The notes under the pieces: generated by a model
What the model saw: the letters and a program-made list of their open reading frames with translations, nothing else
Told to the model about the DNA's origin: nothing
Database searches by the model: none
Origin: a virus
Virus record (IMG/VR): IMGVR_UViG_3300002835_000025
DNA: 64,000 nt
Strand: one strand, 5' to 3'
Translations under genes and position numbers: made by a program
Part shown: positions 36,850 through 46,639 of the stretch, piece after piece
Layout of the letters: every line of letters starts with the position of its first letter
Numbering within the stretch: position 1 is the first letter of the stretch

Positions 36850-38121
36850 ATGATTTATTCTATTATTGAGCAGTTAAGATCTACCAATTCCCGACTAGGA
36901 AAAGAAACCATTTTAGAAGCAAACGTCAATAATGACCTTTTGAAATCGGTACTTACTAGAACATTTGCTCCTCATATCAATTATTATCAAAGGAAAATTC
37001 CAGCGTATTCTACATCAGGAAATTTAGACTTAAAAGAAGCTCTTGAACAACTAAATGACTTAGCCGATAGAAAAGTTACTGGAAATAAAGCCATTGAATT
37101 TTTGTCAAATATACTTTCATCAGTTTCTGCAAGAGATGCATTCGTTATTGAATGCATCATTAAGAAAGATTTAGGTTGCGGAATTGGTATTCCTACTGTT
37201 AATAAAATATGGAAAGATTTAATTCCTACCTTTGATGTTATGCTTTGCTCTCCATTGAGTGATAAAGTTTTAGCAAAGATAAAATACCCTGCTATGGCTC
37301 AATTAAAAATGGACGGATTGCGATGTAATGTGGTTGTTAAAGACAATACAGTAACTTTCTATTCACGCAATGGAAAAACCTTTGATTTGCTTGGTAATCT
37401 TGAACAAGAATTCATTGATGCTGCTCGTGGATTAGATGTTGTTTTTGATGGTGAACTGTTGGTTACTAAAGATAGCAAGGTAGTCGATAGACAAACTGGT
37501 AATGGCATTCTTAATAAAGCGAATAAAGGTACTATAAGCGAAGAAGAAGCTAAGTTAGTTACTATGACAGTATGGGATATTATCTCGTATGATAATTGGA
37601 TTGCTGGTAAAGATTCAATGATTTATGTACACAGATATAATCGTCTTATCAGTCTGAATCTTCGCGGCAAAATCAATATAGTTCCAAGTATAGAGGTCAG
37701 ATCTTTAGATGAAGCTAAAATTGTCTATGAAAATTATTATGCCAAAGGATATGAAGGTATCATCCTTAAAAATACTGACAACATCTGGGAACCAAAACGA
37801 TCTCAAACTCAGATTAAATTTAAAGGTGAAGAAACCGCATCCTTACACGTAGTAGGTATTCAACATGGTAATGGTAAATATGAAGGTCAGATTGGTTCTT
37901 TGATTTGTGAATCTGAAGATGGCGAATTGATGGTAAATGTTGGTTCAGGATTGACTGATGAAGATAGACTCCGAACAGATTTCATTGGTAAAATCATTGA
38001 TGTGAAATACAACGCCAAAATCAAATCGAAAGGTTCTGATACCTGGTCACTGTTTTTACCACGTTTTCTTGAAATTCGCTTTGACCGCGATACTGCTGAT
38101 ACTATCGACCACATCAAATAA
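36850..38121 (+). CDS. 30: ATP-dependent DNA ligase gp30
   Basis: QLKMDGLR, FDGEL, EGIILK, KFK, VGSG, LFLPRF. Confidence 0.96.
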   Translation: MIYSIIEQLRSTNSRLGKETILEANVNNDLLKSVLTRTFAPHINYYQRKIPAYSTSGNLDLKEALEQLNDLADRKVTGNKAIEFLSNILSSVSARDAFVIECIIKKDLGCGIGIPTVNKIWKDLIPTFDVMLCSPLSDKVLAKIKYPAMAQLKMDGLRCNVVVKDNTVTFYSRNGKTFDLLGNLEQEFIDAARGLDVVFDGELLVTKDSKVVDRQTGNGILNKANKGTISEEEAKLVTMTVWDIISYDNWIAGKDSMIYVHRYNRLISLNLRGKINIVPSIEVRSLDEAKIVYENYYAKGYEGIILKNTDNIWEPKRSQTQIKFKGEETASLHVVGIQHGNGKYEGQIGSLICESEDGELMVNVGSGLTDEDRLRTDFIGKIIDVKYNAKIKSKGSDTWSLFLPRFLEIRFDRDTADTIDHIK

Positions 38122-38182
38122 TAGTTGACAATCTGACAATATGGTTTATAATGAACCATCTTAACTGAACTGAGGAATTAAA

Positions 38183-38566
38183 ATGATTTTTATCGATGAA
38201 ACACGAACAAAGAAAAAACTTGTAATCAGAAAAGAAGATGGCATATTCTCTGATGCTATCGTAATTAAGTTTAAACATATTCCAATCTTTCTGATGATGA
38301 TACAGAAACATTATGGTGAATTTTCTGAAGGTGAATCATTTGGAAAACACGAAGTTGTCAAAAGAGAAAATGGATTAGATACCATCGTTAAAAAGAAAGG
38401 ATGTTCTGATGCCAGTTCAAAGTATGCAATAGGCAACTATGATGATATTGAAAGATTGTATGGTCTGGATTTTGAAGATTATCTTGTCATTACTGAAGAT
38501 GAATCTAAAGACTTGATTTTACAATTGGCTGATTATTACATTACGGTTATGAATGAAGAAAATTGA
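38183..38566 (+). CDS. Hypothetical early protein
   Basis: Stem-loop promoter plus GAGG RBS. Confidence 0.65.
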   Translation: MIFIDETRTKKKLVIRKEDGIFSDAIVIKFKHIPIFLMMIQKHYGEFSEGESFGKHEVVKRENGLDTIVKKKGCSDASSKYAIGNYDDIERLYGLDFEDYLVITEDESKDLILQLADYYITVMNEEN

Positions 38567-38692
38567 TATACTGTTAAGAATGATTGGTAATAGGGTTGAT
38601 AGGATTCCAAAACGAACTATGAATGCTAATAGATTGCACAAGATGCTAACAGGAAGAAACCAAAAGATGTACTTTCATGGGAGAACCAACAG

Positions 38693-38860
38693 GTGGACGC
38701 GGTGGAAGAAATAGTCGAATATAAACATAACTGGGTTAAGGCAGAATTGTCAGACCCAAAATATCGACATAAAGTTGTTAGATTGAAAACTGATTATAAG
38801 AGAGACCAAAAGTCTCTAACTAAATTATTGAAACGTGAAATGGAGAATGAAAATGACTAA
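38693..38860 (+). CDS. Small basic protein with a weak ArfA-like motif (not in the ORF track)
   Basis: GTG start after GGGAGA; HNWVKAELSDPKYRHKVVRLKTDYKR. Confidence 0.5.
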   Translation: MDAVEEIVEYKHNWVKAELSDPKYRHKVVRLKTDYKRDQKSLTKLLKREMENEND

Positions 38861-39104
38861 AGAAGATTTGATTAACCAATTAAAAATATCAGAAGTTACT
38901 ATTAACTTTACGAAAAAGGATGGAACCGACAGAATATTGGTAGGAACATTGGATCCTGACAAATTGCCGGTTCGTGAATCTACTGAACAGAAAGAACGTA
39001 AAGAATCAACAACTGATGCTATTGCAGTATACGACATTGAGAATGAAGGATGGCGCTCATTCAATTTTGCTAATGTAAATTTTATTAATGGAGAACCACA
39101 ATGA
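38853..39104 (+). CDS. SH3/WYL-like (DUF2693-type) small protein
   Basis: INFTKKDGTDR..GTL, VYDIENEGWRSF. Confidence 0.8.
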   Translation: MTKEDLINQLKISEVTINFTKKDGTDRILVGTLDPDKLPVRESTEQKERKESTTDAIAVYDIENEGWRSFNFANVNFINGEPQ

Positions 39105-39182
39105 TTTTATTATACTTGGTAACTGGTGCTACTATTGCTACTGGAATCTGGTTAACTATCTACACACTGAAAGGATTATAAT

Positions 39183-39584
39183 ATGGTCTGGTTTACTAAC
39201 GAAAAAAAGATACAAGAATTAGCAAACAACCTTGCTAATCTGCATGTTAAGTTTGATAATCTTAAACGTAAGAATAATGAGTTAGAAGATAAAATATCCA
39301 ATTTAGATATTCAACTTACAAGACTTCAAGTAGATAATCGTAATCTTAAAATTGCTTTCAGTGAGAATTTTAAAAAATCAGTAACCACGTTTCCAGCAAC
39401 TCCAAGTTTGGTTGACCATTCTAACATAGTTACTAATGCTAATATAGTTTCAACCGTGGTACCCAATCCATACAGCACTAATGATATTATTAGCAGTTCA
39501 TCATATGCAAGTTCTTATGATTGTGCTTATAGTTCTGATTCATCTTCATGTTCTGACTCATCTTCATCTTGCTCATCTGACTAA
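39183..39584 (+). CDS. Coiled-coil protein with a Ser-rich C-terminus
   Basis: Heptad repeats; SSDSSSCSDSSSSCSSD tail. Confidence 0.65.
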   Translation: MVWFTNEKKIQELANNLANLHVKFDNLKRKNNELEDKISNLDIQLTRLQVDNRNLKIAFSENFKKSVTTFPATPSLVDHSNIVTNANIVSTVVPNPYSTNDIISSSSYASSYDCAYSSDSSSCSDSSSSCSSD

Positions 39585-39596
39585 TAGGAATATATT

Positions 39597-39848
39597 ATGA
39601 CAACCATTTCAAATCCAAAAGACCAAGAAAAAATCCGTACTATGTTATCTGAAATTTCTAATTCATATACTCGGATTTCAGCGGAACGCGATCTTATTAA
39701 CGAAACTATTCAAGCACTTTCTGAAGACTTTGAAATCGACAAGAAAATTCTTCGTAAAATGGCGCAAATATTCCATAAGCAGAATTATACTGAAGTTGAG
39801 AACGAACAAGAAGAGCTTGCACTATTATACGAATCTATTGTAAAATAA
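39597..39848 (+). CDS. dsbA: T4 DsbA-like dsDNA-binding protein
   Basis: EISNS.TRI.AERD...KKILRKMAQIFHKQN...LYE; lies upstream of rnh. Confidence 0.8.
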   Translation: MTTISNPKDQEKIRTMLSEISNSYTRISAERDLINETIQALSEDFEIDKKILRKMAQIFHKQNYTEVENEQEELALLYESIVK

Positions 39849-39908
39849 TGTGTACATAACACAAGGATGTGTTATAATAGACTTTTATTAAACTTACCGA
39901 GATCAACC

Positions 39909-41045
39909 ATGGGAAAGACAATATCACTAAAACCAACCTCATCGTCAAAGGCTGAAAAACAAGCCTTAAAACGTAGATCTCTTATAGACAGAGTAGACGC
40001 AAAATTCAAAGGCGTCGGAGAACCACAAATATCATTTCTGAATTACAGACTAGATTTGATGCATGCTTTAAATTGGTTTAATGTTTATGCATCAAACATA
40101 GACAAAAAGAAATGGACTCTAGCATCAATTGAAGATAAGAAACAAAGGTTGTTATTGTCAAACCTAGACGACTCTCTATTTAGACAACTAGGAGTGTTAA
40201 TTCGCTTAAGAGACAATGGACAATATCTCGATGACAAAGAATTAAAATTCATTAGCGATAGAATTTCTCAATTAGAAAAAATTGCTACTACTCCTAAAGA
40301 AATAAAAGAGAATGGCATTGCTCCTAAGTCTAAACCAATAGTTACTATTGATAAGAATAAATTAGAAGCAATTCAGTTTGCTTGTGAAATTGATGGTGAG
40401 ATAGATGAGTTTATAAAATCTGGATATCCTAGAACATTTGAATTCAAAAATTCGGTAAAGACTATTAGTGGATCAGCTGCTAAACAGGTTCCTCCTTTAT
40501 ATAAGCCACTAATAATGGAAATTGAAGAAGCACTAGAAGGATCCTGTGATCAATTAAATGAAGCATATTCGCATGTCAAGACGGTACAATTGAAACATTT
40601 CTTAAAAATGCTAAAGGATTTAATATCATCGTGTTCTCAACATGTTGTTAGCATCAGAAAGCCAAAAGTGATTAAACAGAAATCACCTGGAGAATTAGTA
40701 AAGAATCTTAAATATCTTCCAAAATTTGAAGAACTTAATATCAAATCTGAAAATCCTATTAAGTTAGTAGAATGCCAGGAAGTGTGGCTATATGATACTG
40801 TTAATCGTAAACTGTTTAATTATAAAGCAGTAAAGGACCAAAAGCTATCGGTACATGGAACATCCATTAGTGGATTTGACGTAGAAACTTCATTGGTCAA
40901 GAGTATCAGAAAGCCTGAAGTGATTAAGGAATTCATCGGAAATAAAAAGGACTTTGCTATTAAATTTTCTGAATTAACAACTCGTCCTCAGAAGCCAAAT
41001 GGCAGAACAAATGCTAATATTATTATTTTAAAAATCTTTTCATAA
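39909..41045 (+). CDS. Conserved T4-like hypothetical protein
   Basis: ALNWFN, LNEAYS, V.GTSI.GFD, GRTN. Confidence 0.8.
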   Translation: MGKTISLKPTSSSKAEKQALKRRSLIDRVDAKFKGVGEPQISFLNYRLDLMHALNWFNVYASNIDKKKWTLASIEDKKQRLLLSNLDDSLFRQLGVLIRLRDNGQYLDDKELKFISDRISQLEKIATTPKEIKENGIAPKSKPIVTIDKNKLEAIQFACEIDGEIDEFIKSGYPRTFEFKNSVKTISGSAAKQVPPLYKPLIMEIEEALEGSCDQLNEAYSHVKTVQLKHFLKMLKDLISSCSQHVVSIRKPKVIKQKSPGELVKNLKYLPKFEELNIKSENPIKLVECQEVWLYDTVNRKLFNYKAVKDQKLSVHGTSISGFDVETSLVKSIRKPEVIKEFIGNKKDFAIKFSELTTRPQKPNGRTNANIIILKIFS

Positions 41046-41057
41046 CTGGAGAACATA

Positions 41058-41951
41058 TTGATTATTATCGACTATTCACAAGTGGCATTGGCATCTATCT
41101 TTATGTTTGAAAAAGATCTCACTTCAGATGATGTAGAAAAGAATAAGGATATTATTAGACACGCAATTCTTACTAGTATCCTTTCCAATAAGAAAAAATT
41201 CGAATCTGAATTTGGTAATGATGTAGTATTGGCATGTGACGGATTTAATTATTGGAGAAAATCTGAATTTGCTCCTTATAAAGCAGCAAGAAAAAAAGCT
41301 AGAGACGATTCTAAACTAGATTGGAAATTTGTATTTGAGATTTTGTCTGAAACGAGAGAAGACTTACAAAAGTATTTTCCTTATAAAGTCATTAGGATTG
41401 AAAGAGCAGAAGCTGATGACATTATTGCTTGTCTATCAAAATGGACTCAGACTAATGATTTAATGTCTGAAGGCATTGAACCTATTCCTAAAAGAACTCT
41501 TATTATAAGTTCTGATAAGGACTTTAAGCAATTGCATAAGTATTCCAATATTAAACAATACAGTCCAATGTTTAAGAAGTATGTCGAGAAACCTCCAAAG
41601 GTACTGGACTTTATTAATGAACATATTGCAAAGGGAGATGCTAGCGACGGAATTCCCAATATACTAAGTGTTGATAATAGTTTTATTGACAAGATTAGAC
41701 AAAAGTCAATGACTAAACCTAGATTGGAAGAATTCATAAAACATGGAATTGGAGCTTGCAAAACGGAAGACGAAATCAGAAATTGGCATCGAAATGAATT
41801 GTTAATCTCATTTGATAAAATTCCAATAGATATTGAAGAGTCTATACTGAAGGCCTTTAATGAACCTGCTAAAGGTAATAAGAGTGAAATATTTAACTAC
41901 TTAGTCAAAAACAGAATGAGACTACTACTAAACGATATTGATAGTTTCTAA
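41058..41951 (+). CDS. rnh: RNase H / 5'-3' exonuclease
   Basis: IIDYSQ, YWRK...YKAAR, EADD, SSDKDFKQL, GDASDGIPN. Confidence 0.96.
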   Translation: MIIIDYSQVALASIFMFEKDLTSDDVEKNKDIIRHAILTSILSNKKKFESEFGNDVVLACDGFNYWRKSEFAPYKAARKKARDDSKLDWKFVFEILSETREDLQKYFPYKVIRIERAEADDIIACLSKWTQTNDLMSEGIEPIPKRTLIISSDKDFKQLHKYSNIKQYSPMFKKYVEKPPKVLDFINEHIAKGDASDGIPNILSVDNSFIDKIRQKSMTKPRLEEFIKHGIGACKTEDEIRNWHRNELLISFDKIPIDIEESILKAFNEPAKGNKSEIFNYLVKNRMRLLLNDIDSF

Positions 41952-41966
41952 CAACAAAGGAAAATT

Positions 41967-42524
41967 ATGGAATTGAATAAACGTGAAAGCGTACCAGAAA
42001 TGTTACAACGATTTAATGATGGTGATACTCTTACATTATTAAAGCAGAATTTCAGTAATGAAAGCCTTAAAATGCTATTTGGTTATGGGTTTATTCCAAA
42101 AGGTAAGTGGCTTTTGCCTGAAGGAACTCCACCTTACAGAGAAGATGCTGCTCCTGTCGGTATGGCAAGGGCAAATCTCTGGATGGAGATTAAAAAGTTT
42201 GAAAGATTCATGAGAGCAGATTTGAATAAACTAAGACGCGAACAGTTGTTCATTCAACTCTTAGAAGAATTACATCCATTAGAATCAAAATTAGTATTAG
42301 CTATTAAGGACCAGACTATACCAGATCTCTATCCTAACATTACACTAGACAAAGTAGTCGATGCAGGATTCTTCATTTGGCCGCATGGTATTGATGAAAC
42401 CGAATATAGAAATTCTGTAAAGAATAAGGAGGTCAAACCAGCACCAATCCCAAAGTCAGAATCGAACCCACCAGTCTCTGGAAAAAAACGAGTACAGAAA
42501 CAAAAGACAGTAGAAAACACTTAG
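41967..42524 (+). CDS. Conserved T4-like hypothetical protein
   Basis: LPEGTPPY...RREQLFIQLLEELHP.E; typical gene after rnh. Confidence 0.8.
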   Translation: MELNKRESVPEMLQRFNDGDTLTLLKQNFSNESLKMLFGYGFIPKGKWLLPEGTPPYREDAAPVGMARANLWMEIKKFERFMRADLNKLRREQLFIQLLEELHPLESKLVLAIKDQTIPDLYPNITLDKVVDAGFFIWPHGIDETEYRNSVKNKEVKPAPIPKSESNPPVSGKKRVQKQKTVENT

Positions 42525-42578
42525 ATAGCATTCAGGTCTTATTAATCAAATTATCACAATTCTTATTAGGAGTTTAAA

Positions 42579-42734
42579 ATGATCAAATCTTGCAACTGCC
42601 CAGATAATACACCTGCTGCAAAATGCCAAACTGAAACTTATGGGAAAGGCCAACGAGTATGGACTCAGGATAAGGGTATTGCAAAGGCATGTACAATTTG
42701 TGGTGCTAGAGGTGACGGAAGCAAAAAGAAATAA
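42579..42734 (+). CDS. Small Cys-rich protein (51 aa, not in the ORF track)
   Basis: AGGAG RBS; SCNC...YGKGQRV...CTICG. Confidence 0.6.
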   Translation: MIKSCNCPDNTPAAKCQTETYGKGQRVWTQDKGIAKACTICGARGDGSKKK

Positions 42735-42785
42735 TGTTTACAAATGTGGCATTTTGAATTATAATTAATTTTTTTGGAGTTTAAT

Positions 42786-43190
42786 ATGAGTACAAATTTT
42801 GTAAAAGATATTTCTGACATGCACACCAAGTTTGGTGTTAACACTACAGTTAATAAGTTTGATAAAGAAAGATTAACAGCATTTCTGGATTTTAGAATTG
42901 GGTGTTTGCAGGAAGAATTAGATGAACTTAAACATGCTGAAAATGCTGATGATGCGGTAGATGCCTTAATAGATCTAATAGTATTCGCAGTAGGTACCTT
43001 AGATGTGTACCAGGTTGACTCTGTTAAAGCCTGGCAAAGAGTGTATGATGCTAATATTGTTAAAGAAGTAGGAATTAAGGAAGGTAGACCCAATCCTTTT
43101 GGATTACCCGATCTAATTAAACCAGAAGGTTGGGTTGCTCCATCACATGTAGATAATGTTGGTTTATTAGATATAGTGTTTGCGGATTGA
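42786..43190 (+). CDS. MazG/PRA-PH-like nucleotide pyrophosphatase (candidate dCTPase/dUTPase)
   Basis: EELDEL...DALIDL...V.DAN..K...KPEGW. Confidence 0.85.
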   Translation: MSTNFVKDISDMHTKFGVNTTVNKFDKERLTAFLDFRIGCLQEELDELKHAENADDAVDALIDLIVFAVGTLDVYQVDSVKAWQRVYDANIVKEVGIKEGRPNPFGLPDLIKPEGWVAPSHVDNVGLLDIVFAD

Positions 43191-43191
43191 T

Positions 43192-44172
43192 ATGTATTCT
43201 CTGACGGCCTTTGCATCGATATACGACAACAAAACTCACCGTCAAGTAAGCCATAACACCTGGGAGTCGTTTGAGAAAATGCTATATGGCATGTCAAAAC
43301 TTCCAGGTTATAAACTTAAAAAGGGAGAATTCAGAGCGCCTAAAGGTGTTAAGGCTTCTCCCTTAATCACACCAGCTTCTTATAGAGAAGGAACAACCCG
43401 TTCTAATGATGCTGTTGTAGAATGGTCTGGTTGGGCTGCACTTGATATTGATAACCATGTCTTTAAAGGAAACCTTAAAGAAGAGTTAAGTGAGAAATAT
43501 GGAAAGACCTATTTTGTATGCTATTCTACATCAGGGTCAACGGTAGAACATCCTAAATTTAGACTAGTATTTCCATTAACTGGTTCTGTGAAAAAGGAAA
43601 AGATAAAACATTTTTGGTTTGCCTTGAATAGAGAGTTTGACGATCTTGGTGATGGTCAAACAAAGGATCTTTCCAGAATGTATTACGTGCCTGCGATTTA
43701 TCCTAATGCTTATAATTTTATCTTTACTAATATTGGTGAGATTATAGACCCTGATAGATTAATGTTCAATCATCAGTATGAGCAACCGCGAGGACCTCTA
43801 AGTATATTAGAACAGATGCCGTCAGATATTCAAAAAATGATACTAGCTCAAAGAGCAGATATGCTTGAGGAAATCTCGCATAAGAATTATTCGTGGTCTT
43901 CTTATGAGGATTGTCCGTTCGTAAACAAAAAAATGATTCATGAGTATAGTTCTATAGCACATACCGATGGTTCTGGAAGATATGCGATGATGTATAAAAT
44001 CATGACAAGTATTGCGTGTAATGCTATAAGAAGAAAGTATCCATTGAATGCTGTACAATTGGAAGAATTAATCCGTCAATTGGACAGAAACACTTCTAAC
44101 TGTTATTCTAAGCGTCCTCTTCATACCGAGTCATCTAGAGCAATAGAATATGCTTATAGGAATATTAACTAA
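43192..44172 (+). CDS. AEP-superfamily primase/primase-polymerase
   Basis: AALDID, YSTSGS...KFRLVFPL, D.QTKDLSRMYYVP, helical C-terminal domain. Confidence 0.75.
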   Translation: MYSLTAFASIYDNKTHRQVSHNTWESFEKMLYGMSKLPGYKLKKGEFRAPKGVKASPLITPASYREGTTRSNDAVVEWSGWAALDIDNHVFKGNLKEELSEKYGKTYFVCYSTSGSTVEHPKFRLVFPLTGSVKKEKIKHFWFALNREFDDLGDGQTKDLSRMYYVPAIYPNAYNFIFTNIGEIIDPDRLMFNHQYEQPRGPLSILEQMPSDIQKMILAQRADMLEEISHKNYSWSSYEDCPFVNKKMIHEYSSIAHTDGSGRYAMMYKIMTSIACNAIRRKYPLNAVQLEELIRQLDRNTSNCYSKRPLHTESSRAIEYAYRNIN

Positions 44173-44221
44173 TGTGTACAAATATAGAAATTAAGTTATA
44201 ATATTAATTTATGAGAATTAT

Positions 44222-44764
44222 ATGATTAGAAAAATAGCATTAATGCTAAAAGATGCTGGAACAGTTGAGATTGACAAAGATACTATTCATAATGATGTAC
44301 ATTTAATGGCTTCTAGTATTTTTGAAAAACCTTTCATGAGAAAGGAAAGATCATTTGAACAAGTGTATGAACACTGCGCGTATACTGCTATCGAGTATGC
44401 TCTTGCTAATGTTATTGACGGACAACGCAATCCTTTAAAATTCGATAAGACTAATCCTGAGTCTTACAAATATGATGTTATTAAGGACGATTTGAAATTT
44501 GAAGTAAAGAAACATGCTTTTAACAATTCCTATTTTACATATCAAAAGTCTAATATTAATACATTTCTTAAGCACTGTCAAACATTAGACTATTTGGTAA
44601 CTGCTACAATGGCAACTAATGTTGATTCTTACTTAATAGATTTTTACATGATTATTAATGCAAAGAAATTCTCAGATAATTTCAAGCAATCAAAATTTAA
44701 TGAAGGATGGTATTATGACCATCGATTCAATAATGACAATATTATTATTAAAACCCTGGAGTGA
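44222..44764 (+). CDS. Putative PD-(D/E)XK endonuclease
   Basis: IEYAL helix, YD-x8-EVK motif; own early promoter. Confidence 0.5.
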   Translation: MIRKIALMLKDAGTVEIDKDTIHNDVHLMASSIFEKPFMRKERSFEQVYEHCAYTAIEYALANVIDGQRNPLKFDKTNPESYKYDVIKDDLKFEVKKHAFNNSYFTYQKSNINTFLKHCQTLDYLVTATMATNVDSYLIDFYMIINAKKFSDNFKQSKFNEGWYYDHRFNNDNIIIKTLE

Positions 44765-45174
44765 ATATGACTGAAGCAAAACGTAAATCTGTTGAAGTAT
44801 TAGAAGAAGCAATTGCTCTTCAAATTAAGAAAGGTAATGATTACCAGAATTCTGCATCAAGAGTAAGACAGGCAGATTACTATCCTCACGGAATCAATAG
44901 TATTTTAGATACTATTAATGCTAAAGTCTTACGAATGTTTTCTGTTATTGAAACAATGGAAGCGGGTGGATCTGTCAATTTTGAATCAATCGAGGATTCT
45001 GCTATCGATGGAATCAATTACTTATCATTCTTAGTTTCATACATGAGAGGTGAAATCGATGGTCAACAACCTGATAGAGATATTTTCAATAAGACGGGTC
45101 AACAAAATCGTGCCTTAATTCCTACTAAATTCAGAACACAAACTGGCGGCAATATTATTGGAGTAAACAAATAA
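44761..45174 (+). CDS. Nucleotide-modification-associated all-helical protein (DUF1599/Nmad1-like)
   Basis: KKGNDYQ...K.LR...ESIEDSAIDGINY; directly upstream of the dCMP hydroxymethylase. Confidence 0.7.
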   Translation: MNMTEAKRKSVEVLEEAIALQIKKGNDYQNSASRVRQADYYPHGINSILDTINAKVLRMFSVIETMEAGGSVNFESIEDSAIDGINYLSFLVSYMRGEIDGQQPDRDIFNKTGQQNRALIPTKFRTQTGGNIIGVNK

Positions 45175-45842
45175 TGGAACAATACTCTGTAAAAGATATT
45201 AGAAATGAATTTAAGTCACTATTGGAAAATGACGAATTTGTAATAGACAAGACCGGTTGCAAAATGGTTGAAATTGCCGGAACATCATTTATTGCTAGTG
45301 AACCTACTATCTTTGGAACTCTTAATGAAGACTATGCTAAAAGAGAAATAGAATGGTACAAATCCATGTCTCTTAACGTTAATGACATTCCAGGTGAAAC
45401 TCCAGCAGTGTGGAAACAGGTTGCTGATGCAAATGGAATGATCAATTCTAATTATGGTTGGTGTGTTTATTCAAGAGAAAACCATTATCAATTCCAGAAC
45501 GTACTTCAAGAATTAGTAAGAAATAGATTCTCTAGAAGAGCAATAATGATTTATACCCGGCCTTCTATTTGGGCCGAATTTGAAACCGTGGGAATGTCTG
45601 ATTTTATTTGCACCAATACAGTTCAATATCTTATTAGAAATAATAAACTTCACGCATTTGTACAAATGCGGTCAAATGATGCAATTTTTGGATATAAAAA
45701 TGACTTATATTGGCAACAGCACGTCCATACTGAATTGCATGAATGTCTTAATGAGAGTGGAGTACAATGCGAAATCGGTGATATTATCTGGAATGCAACA
45801 TCGCTTCATGTTTATGAAAAACATTTCCATTTGATAAAATAA
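45174..45842 (+). CDS. 42: dCMP hydroxymethylase gp42
   Basis: DKTG.K..EI.G.SF.A, DIPGETP, INSNYGW, RRAIMIYTRPS, MSDFICTNTVQY, MRSND..FG.KND, SLHVY.KHF. Confidence 0.93.
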   Translation: MEQYSVKDIRNEFKSLLENDEFVIDKTGCKMVEIAGTSFIASEPTIFGTLNEDYAKREIEWYKSMSLNVNDIPGETPAVWKQVADANGMINSNYGWCVYSRENHYQFQNVLQELVRNRFSRRAIMIYTRPSIWAEFETVGMSDFICTNTVQYLIRNNKLHAFVQMRSNDAIFGYKNDLYWQQHVHTELHECLNESGVQCEIGDIIWNATSLHVYEKHFHLIK

Positions 45843-45926
45843 TAGTATACTTTTATAATTAGTATGATATAATAGCTTCAGGTTACTAATAATGGTAATC
45901 ATAAATTAACACAGGAATTTTATATT

Positions 45927-46193
45927 ATGAGCAGCAATCCAAGATCTTCTAAAAATTATGTTACCACTGTCAAAATGACCAACCCAGTTGACCGAGTATT
46001 TGTTGAACAGTTACGCCAATATATTAATGAAACAAACCATCTTCGTAAAGTCAAACAAAGAGTAGTTCTTCGTGGTAGACTAGGCCATGATAATCCCGCG
46101 GCTCCTTACTATTATAACCAACCAACATGGTTCTATAACGTTAAAATTCAGCACTCTGAAAGATCTGATGTGTATATTTACGAACGAAGATAA
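45927..46193 (+). CDS. Hypothetical basic protein
   Basis: RVVLRGRLG...DVYIYER. Confidence 0.7.
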   Translation: MSSNPRSSKNYVTTVKMTNPVDRVFVEQLRQYINETNHLRKVKQRVVLRGRLGHDNPAAPYYYNQPTWFYNVKIQHSERSDVYIYERR

Positions 46194-46639
46194 TGATGGA
46201 AAACAAATGGAATAATAGATTCATGGACATGGCGAAAGCTGTGTCCTTATGGTCCAAAGACCCCAGTACTAAAGTCGGTGCGGTTGCAGTAGGAAGCAAA
46301 AAACAAATCTTAGCTACTGGGTTCAATGGTTTTCCAAGAGGAATATCTGATACTATTGAGAGATTAGAAAATCGTGAAATTAAGTATGACTATATTGTAC
46401 ATGCTGAAAAGAATCTAATCTATAATGCTTCATATACAGGAACATCATTAGATGGAGCAGCAATATATGTGTATGGACTTCCAGTATGTCTTGAATGCGC
46501 CAAGGGAATTATTCAAGTTGGAATTAGTGAGATTTACGTAAGTAAAGAATGTCTAATGTCTAAACCAAATTGGTATGACTCTTGGCTTAAATCAAAAGCT
46601 ATGTTTGAAGAAGTTGGGTTATTCGTAGATTTAGTTTGA
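46193..46639 (+). CDS. cd: dCMP deaminase
   Basis: SKDPSTKVGA, GFNGFPRG, HAE.N, P.C.EC. Confidence 0.95.
   Translation: MMENKWNNRFMDMAKAVSLWSKDPSTKVGAVAVGSKKQILATGFNGFPRGISDTIERLENREIKYDYIVHAEKNLIYNASYTGTSLDGAAIYVYGLPVCLECAKGIIQVGISEIYVSKECLMSKPNWYDSWLKSKAMFEEVGLFVDLV

Noticed and set aside
42665-43297. 210-aa minus-strand ORF and other minus-strand shadow ORFs (e.g. 689-1075, 22062-22544, 24807-25166)
   Set aside because: They are antisense to well-supported genes, with no RBS or recognizable motifs.
45174-45842. Second thymidylate synthase or dUMP hydroxymethylase
   Set aside because: It carries the gp42 blocks and Asp (KND) at the specificity position; the canonical ThyA with Asn is at 48252.
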